From Pavona decussata (Eukaryota): a stretch of DNA of 64,000 nucleotides. The notes below the pieces were generated by a model. The model had not been told where the DNA came from and ran no database searches. It saw only the letters and a program-made list of their open reading frames with translations. Below are positions 25,807 to 37,910 of the stretch, in pieces; within the stretch, counting starts at the first letter, position 1, and each line of letters starts with the position of its first letter. Both the position numbers and the translations under genes were made by a program. The stretch is from positions 186,001-250,000 of the forward strand of contig CDRNST010000031.1 of NCBI GenBank assembly GCA_977016875.1, given 5' to 3'.

Positions 25807-25925
25807 TGACTTCTAAGATCAATGCCCATTTTCAGAGCTGGCGTTTGCTAACTGAAGTAGTAAACTGAGCTTTATCCGGATTGAAAAATGTTTTTCTCTT
25901 ACTTCTCTTTCTCTCTTTCATCTTT

Positions 25926-27592
25926 TGTGATAAAGATTATAACTACGTATACTTTTCTGTACTCTCACGCTCCCTCGGAATCCATACCCAGTCATGACAG
26001 AGCGGAGGGCAAGGTCAGACCAAACTGCTGATTTCGCTAGCCGATTGTCAGAACTATTTAATACACCGTTATCAAAGTCATTTCGAAACCTACAAATCAA
26101 ATACAGATAGAAAGCTAAATACAGTCGAACCTGCATATAACGGCCCTGTATTAAGCGGCCACCCTCTATTAAGCGGTCAGTTTTCAAAGTCCGGATTGTT
26201 TGCTCATACAAACGCTGTATTTGTTACCTGTATTGAGCGGCCACCTCTATTAAGCGACCGCGGCCACCTCTATTAAGCGACCGCGGCCACCCTGTAGCAG
26301 TCCTATGTTTGTCTTTCTTTGTTATTGTTACCTGTATTAAGCGGCCACCCTTGAATGGAAACTAAGCCATATGTTATTTTATGCGGTATTTGATTGTGTT
26401 TAAAATGCGATCCAGCATCACTATAAAGAAATAACATGTACAAAGCTACTTTAAGCTGTACTCGGCCGTTTAATATAGTTAACGCTTTTCAGATGCCCGC
26501 AATGTGCTGAAGTACATTACCATATTACGAACGCTAAAGAAAAATTTGTTTTGAATATGCTTCACTCTTTAGCGAGAAATTCCTCTTTAATTAACTTGTT
26601 CTTCAGCCATGTGACATTGAACATTAAGTGTAACAACTATGAAATGACGGAATGAGATATTTTGTTGTGAACTGTAAGTCATAGAAATGGAGCACTGTTT
26701 TCCGTAGGAGAGTAGAGGACAATTTATTGTATAGTACTTTTACACAATGTTACGTATATTATACCGTTAAGTTAAAAGTTTGCACTGAACTTTGTTTAAA
26801 GTATTGATCACGTGAAAGAGTGTTGATTGCCCTATTATTTCTTTGCATGAAGTGTTTTTGTATGATACGCCATTAAAATTGACATTAGACCACGCCCAGT
26901 GAGTATTTTTAGTGATCCTGTATTAAACGGCCACCTGTATTAAGCGGCCAGTTACTCAAGTCCCGAGGGTGGCCGTTATATACAGGTTCGACTGTAATAC
27001 AGTAAGCGTATAACTAACACAAGTGCGTAAATCAAAGATAATTTCCCGGTGCTCTGTCTCTCTGCGTAAACGGCGCTAGCGAAATACAAAACTAAACTAT
27101 AGGAACACTAAATCGACTGGTGAAATTAACAACGAAAGCAGAATATAATTAAATTGGTTGAAGCACGCGCACGTGCACGTGTGCAATTTCGCACATGATT
27201 GCGCGAAACACTCCACCTTACAAAGCGTGACCAATACTCGATTAGAATAACTAATACTGAAATCGTTCACAGTTCATTGTTCAGAATTCCGCCTCTCTCC
27301 TCGTCAGCAGGCACCAGCACTACCAGCCTTTGCACAGGTCGCTGAACGGTTACGTATCCCTGACCTTAGTACTTGTTTACCGGTTCACCTGGTTTAGAGT
27401 TCTTATATTGCACCTCCACTTTTCGCACTTTGCCGTCTTCTACTGGCCTCTGACTTGGTTGGAATCTTGAATCAGTACAACGTCACCCACCATCACGTTG
27501 CGTCCCGCTGTATGCCACTTTTGATTAATGATTAAACTTGGGAAGAAATCTCTGGTCCACTTCCGCCAGAACGCGTCGACTACACGTTGATC
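25926..27592 (-). mobile_element. BEL/Pao LTR retrotransposon 3' relic (integrase C-terminal region, PPT and probable 3' LTR)
   Basis: Minus strand reads RVVDAFWRKWTRDFFPSLIINQKWH...VGDVVLIQD...RGQ, then a frameshift, then DGKVRKVEVQYK...QRPVQRLVVL (DUF5641-type). A purine tract AAGGTGGAG is followed by TGTTTCG at 27210. The LTR end near 25926 is tentative. Confidence 0.75.
26122..26994. mobile_element. Tc1/mariner(pogo)-type MITE
   Basis: 24-bp TIR CAGTCGAACCTG(C/T)ATATAACGGCC with 1 mismatch, TA on both flanks, and subterminal TATTAAGCGGCCACC repeats. Confidence 0.9.
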
Positions 27593-27764
27593 ATGACCGG
27601 CAGACTTGATTAGTTCAGAAACTGTACCCTTTGAAAAAGCAACTAGCAAAAGTGTATCTTCCAATGGATGGGTCAGATTTTCCGTGTGCCTATTGGTAAG
27701 ACCAGTGCAAATGTAAACGCAACTTTAAAATGAATGCATCACTTCAAACTCAGCTCAGGCTTTG

Positions 27765-28060
27765 GTGATGTTTATTGTGCTTTCCATAAGTGTTTTAACT
27801 TTTCAGTCCGTAAATGAAATTCTTAAGTGTGACCATTCAAATGAAAGCTGCTTAGCAGTACTTTCCTGTGGTGCTGTTTATTGTGCTGTACAAGGTGGCT
27901 CTAAATTTTGAGTCTGTGGGTGAAATCCTGCAGTATGTCCATTCCAATGAAAGCTACTGAGCAGTACTTTCCTCTGGTGCTCGGTTTATTGTGCTTTACA
28001 AGGTGGTTCTAACGTTTGAGTATGTGGACAAAATTCCCTAATGCACGTGGCCATTCAAAG
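27765..28060 (+). repeat. ~107-bp tandem satellite-like repeat, about 3 units
   Basis: Recurrent CCATTC(A/C)AATGAAAGCT...GCAGTACTTTCCT...GTTTATTGTGCT. Confidence 0.8.
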
Positions 28061-28215
28061 AGTGGTCGCTCAGTTCTGAGAAATGGTTCCATGTGGCGTT
28101 GTTTTTCTTCAATATTTTGGAAAAGAAAGTGATATTTTTGTTAACGTTGCAGTCTATTACTAGTGAGTAAATTAAAAAGGATTGCTGTAACCCCATGCAC
28201 TTCTGGTAGTATTTT

Positions 28216-28848
28216 TTACCCCTTGTGAAAATCTGCGTTTCCCTTGTTCATTATTTTGAACACTAAACGGCAAGTGTCGTTGAGGCAAATGTCTTTAAAA
28301 CAAATCTCATCCCATTTGTCGTAGGCTTTTCTGTTAGAATCCACTAACTTATTTCTATCCGCGTGAAGATGAGTTCGTAAAGGAACAAGTCGCTCAAGCA
28401 GACGTGTAAATCTTGGATCTTGTAACGGATTCCTGTCATAAAGGTAAGTGGATCGATAACCTTGGCGTTCAGTTTGAGTTGCCGATTCGAATTCAAGATT
28501 ACCTTTGTTTGACTCAGTTTTAGTCCATGCAATCTTCTTTACTTCTCCTTCTTGGTTGAGTTGTGGTTCATTATTATTCTCCGTTTCCCTGTCAGAACAG
28601 CACTCCTGACAAACTTGAGAATCAACCAATCCGTCGTTCGTCTTAAAACTAGTATCATAAACATCACCTAAGTGTTGAAATTGTGCGATTGCTGGCTCAG
28701 AAGCGCGTTTCTTCCACGTTTGATCATTGCTGCGGTTTAATTCATTATTTTTGTCGTTTCCTTTTCGATATTTTTCTTTTTCAACTTTGTAGCCTTCGCC
28801 ATCTTTTTCCCGTATTTTCGCCAATGTCTTACCGCCTATGAACGCCAT
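28216..28848 (-). CDS. Uncharacterised DPRF-motif protein (cluster gene 5), 210 aa; possibly N-terminally truncated or pseudogenising
   Basis: ORF with KRASEP and LQDPRFTRLLERLVPL. An in-frame upstream ATG at 28896 is separated from it by two TAA codons. Confidence 0.7.
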   Translation of the reverse strand: MAFIGGKTLAKIREKDGEGYKVEKEKYRKGNDKNNELNRSNDQTWKKRASEPAIAQFQHLGDVYDTSFKTNDGLVDSQVCQECCSDRETENNNEPQLNQEGEVKKIAWTKTESNKGNLEFESATQTERQGYRSTYLYDRNPLQDPRFTRLLERLVPLRTHLHADRNKLVDSNRKAYDKWDEICFKDICLNDTCRLVFKIMNKGNADFHKG

Positions 28849-28955
28849 ACGTATAGCTTTCCTTTACAGTTTGTAAATTATATCTTATTTCGCCATGTAC
28901 TGAAGACCAGAACACTTCTTGACAGATCCAATGAATCAGAATCGAATTTAAAGCT

Positions 28956-28969
28956 GTTTCCATGAGAAC
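28956..28969. promoter_or_regulatory. RFX X-box-like site
   Basis: GTTTCCATGAGAAC, 12/14 match to the palindrome GTTTCCATGGAAAC, 60 bp upstream of ATG 28896. Confidence 0.5.
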
Positions 28970-29875
28970 AAAAACAATTTTCGACGCCCGCTGTAAAACT
29001 GTGACCGTTTTCTAAAATGTTTGGGAAAATCGTATTTTAAGAATCCTTTGTCTATTATTTCCCGCCCTAAGAAAACTTTCGTTGAGATTATCATCCCACT
29101 GTTTAATATTGATAAATATCTTTGGATTTGCTGCCTTGAATGTTTTTCTTAATTGCCTAAAATTCACCCTGCATGCGGCAAGCCATTATTTTGCTATCAG
29201 TTTTTAGAAAAATACTTGAATTCTATACCTTTAATTTTTAGCCGATACTTTTTTCTGTTTATTTTTGAACAATTTTCTCTACGAATTTGAAATTCAAGTT
29301 AGTTTGAACTTGACGTAAGATTGTTTTTAATTACCTTAAACTGAGTTCTTACTGAGAACAAATGGTTGTTTGGAAACATCAAAAATTAAAACCAAAATAA
29401 AAAGGTCGAGTGATTATTTCACGAAAAATCCGAAATGTTATATAGTTAGACTTTATCTCAGAATTACAGGGAGAAAATGTTTTACCAGCTCGACAAAATA
29501 AGGCAAAAGCACATTTAAGAAGCGCCCTAATTTATTATTCCAGACTTTGACAGCCGCCGATCTTTAAGGGTAAAACATTAAGCTTTGATTTGTTCGGTAA
29601 AATTCTTGGCGGCGTTTTGATGGCTTACAGTTTCAGTAACTTTGAAAATCCAACTTTTCGGAAATTATTTGATGTCGGATTTCCATGAAAACACCGCTAT
29701 ATTTGACCTGGCTATTATCCCGAATATTTTTATAGTTGAATGAAAAATACAGAAACCTTAAACTTCTCTATTAGTCTTAGCAAAAACCAAGGCAAACTTT
29801 GTTTTTTAAAAATCTAGAATAAAATGATTTTTTTTTTCATACCTTCTGTTTACAAAACACAGAGAGAAAGGTTCC

Positions 29876-29889
29876 GTTTCCATGGTTTC
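29876..29889. promoter_or_regulatory. RFX X-box-like site between divergent genes 5 and 6
   Basis: GTTTCCATGGTTTC. Confidence 0.4.
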
Positions 29890-30564
29890 GTCTCAGTTGA
29901 AAGACCACGCGGGATTAGTTGTAACTCTACTGGCACAAGCTGAACAATTGAAGTTTTTAATCTTTTATCTGTTGTATTGTAAGTTCAAACAACAGCCCAC
30001 AAACACACCAATATTTCATTTCAAAAAATTCACAGACGTCTCGTGTTGTATACGTCATTTGCTGCACGAATGTACTTGGTGAATATTACAAATACATCAG
30101 TTTGCGCGCGTTCAACGAAATGAGAAGTGTACGAATGGCATGGAAGTATACTTAGCAGAGTCAGAAGTACTTAACAACAAGCAAACGTATCCATTACGTT
30201 TTTAGCGGACAATAACTGATTCAGTTTGACAAGGCGAAGAGCGTCGACTAACCTTTGAAACGTAAATCGTTCCTACTCATTATTAGTTACGGTTTGTGCG
30301 CGGAACGGCTTGAAAAAAATCCATTTGTCGATTGGTTGAGGAAATTGTGTAGAAAAAGAAACTGGAAACATCGTGTTGAACCTAATCGGCTTCCTGTGAC
30401 TACCTAAACAGTGCAAAGCATTATTATTGAACAAAACGTTCGCTAGACAGCTTGACCAACTGCGTGGTTGCATGTATTCAACTCAGTTCACTTTTTATCG
30501 CGTAAAACGGAAAACAAGGATTTCGTTTAAGCCGACGATCGAATATCGTCGCTAATACACAAAG

Positions 30565-31077
30565 ATGAAGAACAAGAGGAGAGATGATCGATTCTGCCAA
30601 TGTATCCCTTACGGGAAAATTGAGGCGAAAAAACTAGAGCGTTTGCAAAAGAACAGGCAACGACAAATGTGTACATGGAAGGACCTTGCTCCTTTCAGCG
30701 AACGTCAAGAAGAATTTTTGGCGGCAACTGTACGGGTTAGTAACGCAACTAACAAGCCTCTTTTCCCGCCAATTCATGAACTGCCGTGTATAACAAACCA
30801 TGACACTTACAAAGCTATGTATAATACAGGGAATAGTGGTGAAATGATAGCAGACGAATTACGCTCAAACAGTGACCGGGTTGGCGAAGAAAACAGAGCG
30901 ATTTCTCAGCATTACGGATGTGGCTGTTCCTCGCTGAAAGACAATAATGTCGTGGAAGAGGAGAGTGGGTGCATGATCAGTGAAGCCAAAGGATCTAGAA
31001 ACAGTACAGAGCCACAACCGTCTAGATTAAAACTTCCGAAAATAACTAACTTTAGCTTTGTAAATCAAAGACTTTGA
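30565..31077 (+). CDS. Uncharacterised protein (cluster gene 6), 170 aa
   Basis: ORF with aagATG start. Motifs ERQEEF, LFPPI, ELPCI, LKLPKI. Confidence 0.6.
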   Translation: MKNKRRDDRFCQCIPYGKIEAKKLERLQKNRQRQMCTWKDLAPFSERQEEFLAATVRVSNATNKPLFPPIHELPCITNHDTYKAMYNTGNSGEMIADELRSNSDRVGEENRAISQHYGCGCSSLKDNNVVEEESGCMISEAKGSRNSTEPQPSRLKLPKITNFSFVNQRL

Positions 31078-32925
31078 TAACTTTGAAGCGCTATTGAAAC
31101 TACGTCGAAAATGAACTATCAATAAGTGTTTCAAAGTGCTTGTACAGTTCAAGTTAGAGACTATATTAATAAAAGTGCAAAATATAGAAATATATGGCTT
31201 CTCTGACTGCATGAACTTCAGTATGAAATATCTTGAGAACGTAAGAAACGATGGAAAATAAAGACAAACGCAAAGTAGGAATTTAATTTGGTATATATAT
31301 GATCGAGGTAATTTAAAGACCGCCAGGCGACTTTGAACGCAAATCATTTAGAATCTGGTTTGCTATCCACAAACGTACGTGGCACGTACAAGCACCTTAC
31401 TTATCTTTGCTCTGTGAGTTGTATTTTATTATGCAATAAGTCACTGAACAGAGACCGGAATTTGGGGATAAGGAAAAGCGGATGTGCTAGTTATTAAGGT
31501 TTAAATTGTTCCCTCTCTTTCACAAAAATGCTGAAACGAGCGCTTTATTTTTCAATGGCTTATCACGAAGAGCATTTGTACACAAACTATCCGTGAACTA
31601 GGTAAACTGTCCGACAGACGAGTTCACAGTGAAGCCGGCCGGCTGTGAGAAGTTTGTTTGTACGAGTAAACAAGGTGCTAATCCTTTTCAGTGTCCCAGA
31701 GGGGTAAGACCATCTTGAAAACCTAATTAACGAAATACAACACTCGTGCAATTTTGAACGAAATAGGAGAGCAGTAAAGGTGGTGAAAACATCAGTTTGT
31801 CGTGTTGTTCAACACACAGTATTTCAAGAGCGTTTAACACTCGCCGATATGTCTCTGTTGTGCTTATTAAAACGTGTTATATGTGTGCGCATTGAACATA
31901 GCATTGGAATAAATGTGTATTAAGCTTCCAGGAGTGGAACAAATCAATTTGCAAAATAGTTAAAATACCATCAAGTAATATAGGAAACTTTTATTTGGAA
32001 AGCTTTCATTTGAGTGTAAAAGGAAAGGAACTTGAAAAGAAACCTGATCATGAAGAAATTGCGCATTGTTTTACGCGTCAACGGGAATAAATATCACAAG
32101 GGTACTGTTAAGTTTCCTTTTTAGATATAATAAATAAGTACGATTTACACCCTTAGAGAAACATTTATGAAACTATCACCTGGCTAAATATTTATGTTTG
32201 TTCACTGATACTTCTGTATTCTCGTTCAAAATTAAAACGGATGTATTGTATTAATTACCGCTAAAAGACCTTTTAATAAGGTTCTCTGGTAATCTCGTTC
32301 TCATTTCATTGGCCGTTACATCAAGTATATATAAACTTGTTGCTCTTGAGGCTGAGAAGCATCTTACTTATCATCGACAAAACAACGATGGATCGATTTG
32401 CCGTACGATGGTGTAACACGATAGTTCCTTTACAATCTAATCATATGTTTTCAAACCATTATGCATAGTTTATCAGTTCCCTGGTACACAATAGAAGTAA
32501 TAAACTATCACTGATTACTAAGACAAATTGAGAGTAACAATACAAACACACTGTTTTCGTAGGAGCGCGATATGGCTATGACATACGTAGTGAGTAAATA
32601 ACAAATTATGCAATTAGTTTTTGTACCCAAAAATAGGCGAAAGCTTTTTAGCCGTAATGACGCAAAACGCTTCTTCAACGTGTTCAGTCTCTATAAAAAC
32701 CAATTAAACGTCGTGGCTATGGCTTTAATTGTCAATTATCCCTAACTAGCCAATCAGGAAAGTCATTAGAAACAACAATATTGATAATGTCGGTGTGTAC
32801 ATGTCAAACAGAGATTACGGTTTTAAATTCCATTCACAAAAACACTGCTTTCAGTACAGAGCGAGTAACGTGCAAACAGGATACGTTCCAGTGTTTCTTC
32901 GACGACAAAGACCCCACCATATGCC

Positions 32926-33486
32926 ATGAATTCAGCTATAAAATTCGACCAAGAAAATGCAGATATCGAGAAGAACGAGAAAAGAATCCCCTACAGGCTT
33001 TGCTACAAGGACAGGATAAAAGTCATAAACATTCGCCCGACGAATGAAGATAAAATAATTGACACGACTCGTGATCAGCTCCACGAATCAGACTGCCCAG
33101 AAACACGAGAAGTCTTGCGAATGGCAACCGTTAACTCCGTCGATGCAATTCAAACGAGGGCGATTCACGAGCATTATGGAAATATAAAAAATCGAAGTGT
33201 TACTTCTATGGAACGACGAGCGACCTCAGGTTTATACCTTCCTTGTTTACTGGGAAATAAGGACAATATTCACGCTCCAGTGTTCAATGTGGCGACTTAC
33301 AAGGGATTTAGAACTCAAGAAGACCGAAAGTGTTGGGCTTTTACCAAGACTTTAGAACGTGATCAAAAGGAGTTATTCGGCGGGAAAGAGAAACGTTTGA
33401 CGTCGACCACAGCTGTGATAGACATCTCAAAACCAGCACAGCTGCACTCACGGTACGCCATCTTGCATCCAAAGAGCGCCACGTGA
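32926..33486 (+). CDS. Uncharacterised protein (cluster gene 7), 186 aa
   Basis: ORF with gccATG start and a CCAAT box at about 32750. Motifs RRATS and LYLPCL. Confidence 0.55.
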   Translation: MNSAIKFDQENADIEKNEKRIPYRLCYKDRIKVINIRPTNEDKIIDTTRDQLHESDCPETREVLRMATVNSVDAIQTRAIHEHYGNIKNRSVTSMERRATSGLYLPCLLGNKDNIHAPVFNVATYKGFRTQEDRKCWAFTKTLERDQKELFGGKEKRLTSTTAVIDISKPAQLHSRYAILHPKSAT

Positions 33487-33606
33487 CCCAGTCTATGAGC
33501 TTGACTATCTTGGAAACACATAGGCAACTCAGGATGTAATAGAACTGCAGTGAGTTGTGACTCCTGTAGCAATACGAGTATAACTATGTTCATAGTTGGA
33601 CAGATA

Positions 33607-33845
33607 GGGCCAGTTATTTAAACAGAGTCTAACTTAGGCCGCGGCTAAGACAATCAGTGGGGCTCCAAATCGGTTTAGAAGTGGTTTATTTTAAGTAGGT
33701 AAATAGTTTTCTAGTCTCGGGATGCAAGCCCTCTTGTTACCATCAGCAGCAGACAATGTTTAGATATGACTGTTGGCAAAATTGAAAATGGCTTAGAACG
33801 TGGTTTTGTTAAACACCGTCTAAACTGTCTTTTAACAACTGGCCC
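33607..33845. mobile_element. MITE (PIF/Harbinger-like termini)
   Basis: GGGCCAGTTATTTAAA ... TTTTAACAACTGGCCC, with ATA/TTA flanks. Confidence 0.6.
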
Positions 33846-34114
33846 TTAATGTTTATCCTGTGGATGGTCGGTGAAAGAACATTTTCATGTGACTGATCAT
33901 CGAAAGCCGAAAACTGTCAAGAGGCGTTCACGCAAGAAACTTACGCTGGCTAAAACCCAGGACAGTGTCCAGTAACGCCAAAACTATTGACTTATTGCTT
34001 AAGTTGTAGTTTGATGGAAATCCTCTCCAGATCTAAGGTCTTCTTTCTGGTACAGTTTTTATTAAAAATAATAATAACGATAAGAAACAGTTCAAGATTG
34101 AAGAAGAATGATAG

Positions 34115-34123
34115 TGATGATGC

Positions 34124-34157
<34 letters not shown>
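34115..34157. repeat. (GAT)n microsatellite
   Basis: Direct inspection. Confidence 0.95.
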
Positions 34158-35623
34158 CATTACCATGATAACAATCACGTTAACGACAATAAATAATGAT
34201 AATGACGAACCTATTTCGTGCTATTTTACGTCTATTTAGGTGTAGTTTGCGCCTTACATTATCGTGAATTAAAAGTAAAAATTAAGAATTTTTTAAGTTA
34301 TCAAAAGTTGAGAAAAAAGAAAAGTCTTCAGTTTCTTGCACTTAGAATTGTTCATCACCAGTGCAGTTCGGCAATGAATTTCAAAGTAATGGAGCAGCAA
34401 TAGGCCATTTCTGAGTTGCTCTCAACCTCATTACGAAACCATGGCTAGTTGCGAAGCCTTTCATTAGGACAACAGGCGCACAATTTTGCTCACGTGGTCA
34501 AGGACGATTGATAGTCTGTGTCCGCAATATTTAATGAATGTGTTGAGCGCGCAGTTAAAATAAGACTTCAGGGATTATTTCAGTCTCCGCAATATATGAC
34601 AAATCAGACAGGATAGCGTTACAGCTCAAACCATTTAAAACAGTACAGTGCAACTATCGACTGAAGCAACAGATATGTACTGAGTGGTACAAAGTTCAAT
34701 TACACAAAATTGCGGCACTCGCGAAATATGGTGAGGTTATCTCTCAGTCATGGTCTGTTTTCGATGGCCAGAAAGCTAAAAAAGGAACCGTATTTGTTGG
34801 TTTGCATTTTGGCCCTCTGCCACTTTTTAGACCAATTTTAGCAGCCGTAAAAAACAGATGACCCCGGTCCCTTAAAACTGAGCATCGGCTGAGTGCACGC
34901 AAAGGCTATGCACTCATCACAGGGCGAGACAGATTCGAGTTTGTTCTTCTTAATATATAACCAAAGTTTCAAAACTATTTGAACTAAGAGCAAAGACACC
35001 TTCATCCCCCAAGGCTGGGTCTTGTGGAAGACAACACCATTTTGCGGTAGCCCCGGGTTACTTAAATCAAACTCCTTCTGTTTCCTTGAGATAAGTTTGT
35101 CATGGTACCCTTCTCAGTATAAAAAGCGGCTGGGGTAGCGTTTAGAACTAACAACAATAATAATATAATCTTTCCGGTAAACATTAAACATTGAATTGCC
35201 TTATCGTTTATTGAGGCGGAAATCCCGCGTAACTGAAGTAGGGTATTGGTCTATAATCTGTAGATGGATGTACGACATACACCAAGACAGGAACTTCAAG
35301 AGAGAACAATAGAAGAAACAGCAGCAACAAGGTCCCTACCCTAAAAACAATTAAACTGACAGCTCTATAGCAGCGTTATCCCACTAAACTGGAGATGAGA
35401 CCCCAAAAGGTACTCAGCCATCAGTGACTGGAAGGTGTGAATGAAACCGACCTAAAATGTCCTATTAGGCTCAGACTTGCCCTTATAAAGCCCAGCTAAT
35501 GGCCCACAAGGTAAACTAAAGTATGTTCCTCTCCTTATAAAACCCTTTAAAAAATCAGCGGAAATTTCAAATCAAAGAAAGTATATTTTCCACTATTAAA
35601 ACATGAAAAGCAAAGCTATAAAA

Positions 35624-36082
35624 GTTGACATCCCATTTGCGCAATTTATCAAAGTCAAACAGGACTACATTTCCTTACTGGTTTTCCTTATGGTCACCGA
35701 TCCCGATTTGAAGAACTAGGAGAAGATTCTACATTTCTTCGTATGTTATAACACTTTTTAATCATAAGTTTAAACAGGCCAAGGATGATTTTAATAGTGC
35801 ATTGATGGGTTTGTAATGCCCTAACCAACTTCCACTGAATTAAAATATGAAGGCAGACTAAAGGTGACATCCCATTTGCGCAATTTAATTAACGTCAAAC
35901 CGGACCACATTTCCTTATTGATTTTCCTTATGGTCACCGCGATCCCGATCTGAAGAATTGGTTGAAGATTCTACATTTCTTCGTATGTTTTAACAACTTT
36001 TTCTTCCGGATCATAACTTTAAACAGGCCAAGGATGAGTTCAATGCCTTGATGGGGGTTTGAAAGTACGCTAACCAACTTCC
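35624..36082. repeat. Tandem duplication, two units with a period of about 240 bp
   Basis: GACATCCCATTTGCGCAATTT at about 35627 and 35865. Both units share TTTTCCTTATGGTCACCG, GAAGATTCTACATTTCTTCGTATGTT and CTAACCAACTTCC. Confidence 0.85.
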
Positions 36083-36769
36083 TATATCAAAAAAGCAAAC
36101 AAATTGTTGAAATTTTTGGAATAATTGCATTCACATAGGCCATGCCATAATTAATAGCCTGTTCCAGGTATTCAGGAGCGAAGAAAATTGCGATGCGAAA
36201 GAATAATTAAAGCGACGAGACCATCCTTCTCGTTTATTAGCCCCGCTCACAATATTTTTCTCCACTCCCTGAAAGCTAGGCTACTGAAGAAATCTCAATA
36301 TATTAGTCATGAAGAAACGGAAAAAAAACGGCGTTTGATTGAATATATTTAGTAATAAAAATCAGCGAAAAATCAAGCGACGTTTTGATATCATCAGTGC
36401 CATCATTATCTAGCTAGGACAGAAGGCCGGCCAAAAGCATGTACGTCATCAGAACTTAACGTATGGGAAAAAGTTGACAACAAATTGCGTGCATAAATGG
36501 AATAAAGTAAGATTAGGTGAAGATAAAATAATTGTTTTAATAATAAAAGTGTTCGTCACAACGTCGTAAAAGTGTTAGAAAGTCTGTAAATAAATTGCGC
36601 GTGTTAAGCAAATAAATTAGCACGGATTTCGCTGAGTTTTACTCATTAAATGTAATCATTTCGAAGTTTATTCCTCCGAAAACCGTTGTGATCATAACAA
36701 TTAAAGAAACCCACACGCGAGTTCTCTATAAATTACAAGGTTTAAGCTTAGGTTTTAATTAAAACTTGG

Positions 36770-37681
36770 TCACTTCCAATGTCTCGTAAACACGGTAGTT
36801 TTTCTTGCAATCTCGTTATCGGTTTTCTGCAACTGGGATATCTTTCTCCGGTTCTTGTCACGGACTTTCATGACAACATGGTAAAATTTAGGATCTCTGG
36901 GATTTAAGTGAGGGATTTTAGCGGGATCAGGCATTTTTATAACCTTTTGGTAAGTAACTCCGCGAAACGTCCTTGTGTTCCAGGATGTGTCGTTCTTGGG
37001 AGCTTTTTCTTGATTCCGATTCAAGTTTTTCTCACGAAAATTTTCTCTGTCTCTTTTTAATTCTTCCTCTTCCAACAAGAACGGAAAACAGCTTCCAGCG
37101 TAAGCGTTTTTTCTCCTCCGATTAAGCCGAGTAACCCACGAGTTGTCATCGATTTCAACCGCGGCGTGCAAAGGCGGCAATGGTGCTCCTATGGAAGTTT
37201 TTCTGTTGTTCTCTGAAATAATATTAAACGTTTTCTCTTTACTCTTAGCCGTCAAATTTAAGAGCATTTGTCTTTTTACCTCAGTGATTGACTCCCTTCG
37301 ACCTTTCAGCCACATTGGTGTTTGATCCAAAACAGAGGCGCGTTGCCTCCCAATTTCCTCCCTCCCAACCGGCTTCACCTCGACTGCCTTCTTCTCTTCT
37401 TGTGCTAAAGGAGGCAGAAACTTCGATAATGATCTCTTTTGTGACTCCTTGAAGTCTCGCTGTCTTTTGTTGCATTCATTGGCAACTCGTCTCTGTTCGC
37501 GTGAAATAACACTTAAGTTTATCTCTAATTCTTTCAACAGGCCAGCGTTGGTGTGGCTCGCATGTTTCAATCCGTACTTGTTCGCGATTTTAATCTTGCT
37601 TCGTTTTGGAAGATTGCGAATTCTAATAAGTTCCTGATTGAGTCGCTCGTCTGCGTTCCTTCTTGCCGCTTCAAAATCCAT
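36770..37681 (-). CDS. Uncharacterised coiled-coil/DPKF protein (cluster gene 8), 303 aa
   Basis: The first ATG is at 37681 (aaaATGG; the track start is TTG). Motifs NAGLLKELEINLSVISREQ...RQRDF, FLPPL, PLPPL, RDPKF. Confidence 0.8.
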   Translation of the reverse strand: MDFEAARRNADERLNQELIRIRNLPKRSKIKIANKYGLKHASHTNAGLLKELEINLSVISREQRRVANECNKRQRDFKESQKRSLSKFLPPLAQEEKKAVEVKPVGREEIGRQRASVLDQTPMWLKGRRESITEVKRQMLLNLTAKSKEKTFNIISENNRKTSIGAPLPPLHAAVEIDDNSWVTRLNRRRKNAYAGSCFPFLLEEEELKRDRENFREKNLNRNQEKAPKNDTSWNTRTFRGVTYQKVIKMPDPAKIPHLNPRDPKFYHVVMKVRDKNRRKISQLQKTDNEIARKTTVFTRHWK

Positions 37682-37896
37682 TTTGACGATAATTAGAAAA
37701 GACCGTTTATAGAACAACCAACACGATCCTGGATAATCCAAAGTATTTTAATCGCGTGAAAACAATATTTGAGAAACTTGCCACAAGCACGGAGTCAGGT
37801 AAAGTTACAGCCCCCATTTCGTGTCAATCTCATATGGTTATAAGTGTTGCAGTGCCACTATCTTAGTGTTAGTCCTTCCAGTTGACCGTATTTCAA

Positions 37897-37910
37897 GTTG
37901 TCTTGGTCAC
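37897..37910. promoter_or_regulatory. RFX X-box-like site
   Basis: GTTGTCTTGGTCAC, about 215 bp upstream of ATG 37681. Confidence 0.45.

Noticed and set aside
33987-34196. Poly-Asp ORF suggesting an acidic biomineralisation protein
   Set aside because: It is a (GAT)n microsatellite in a short TTG-started ORF with no exon support.
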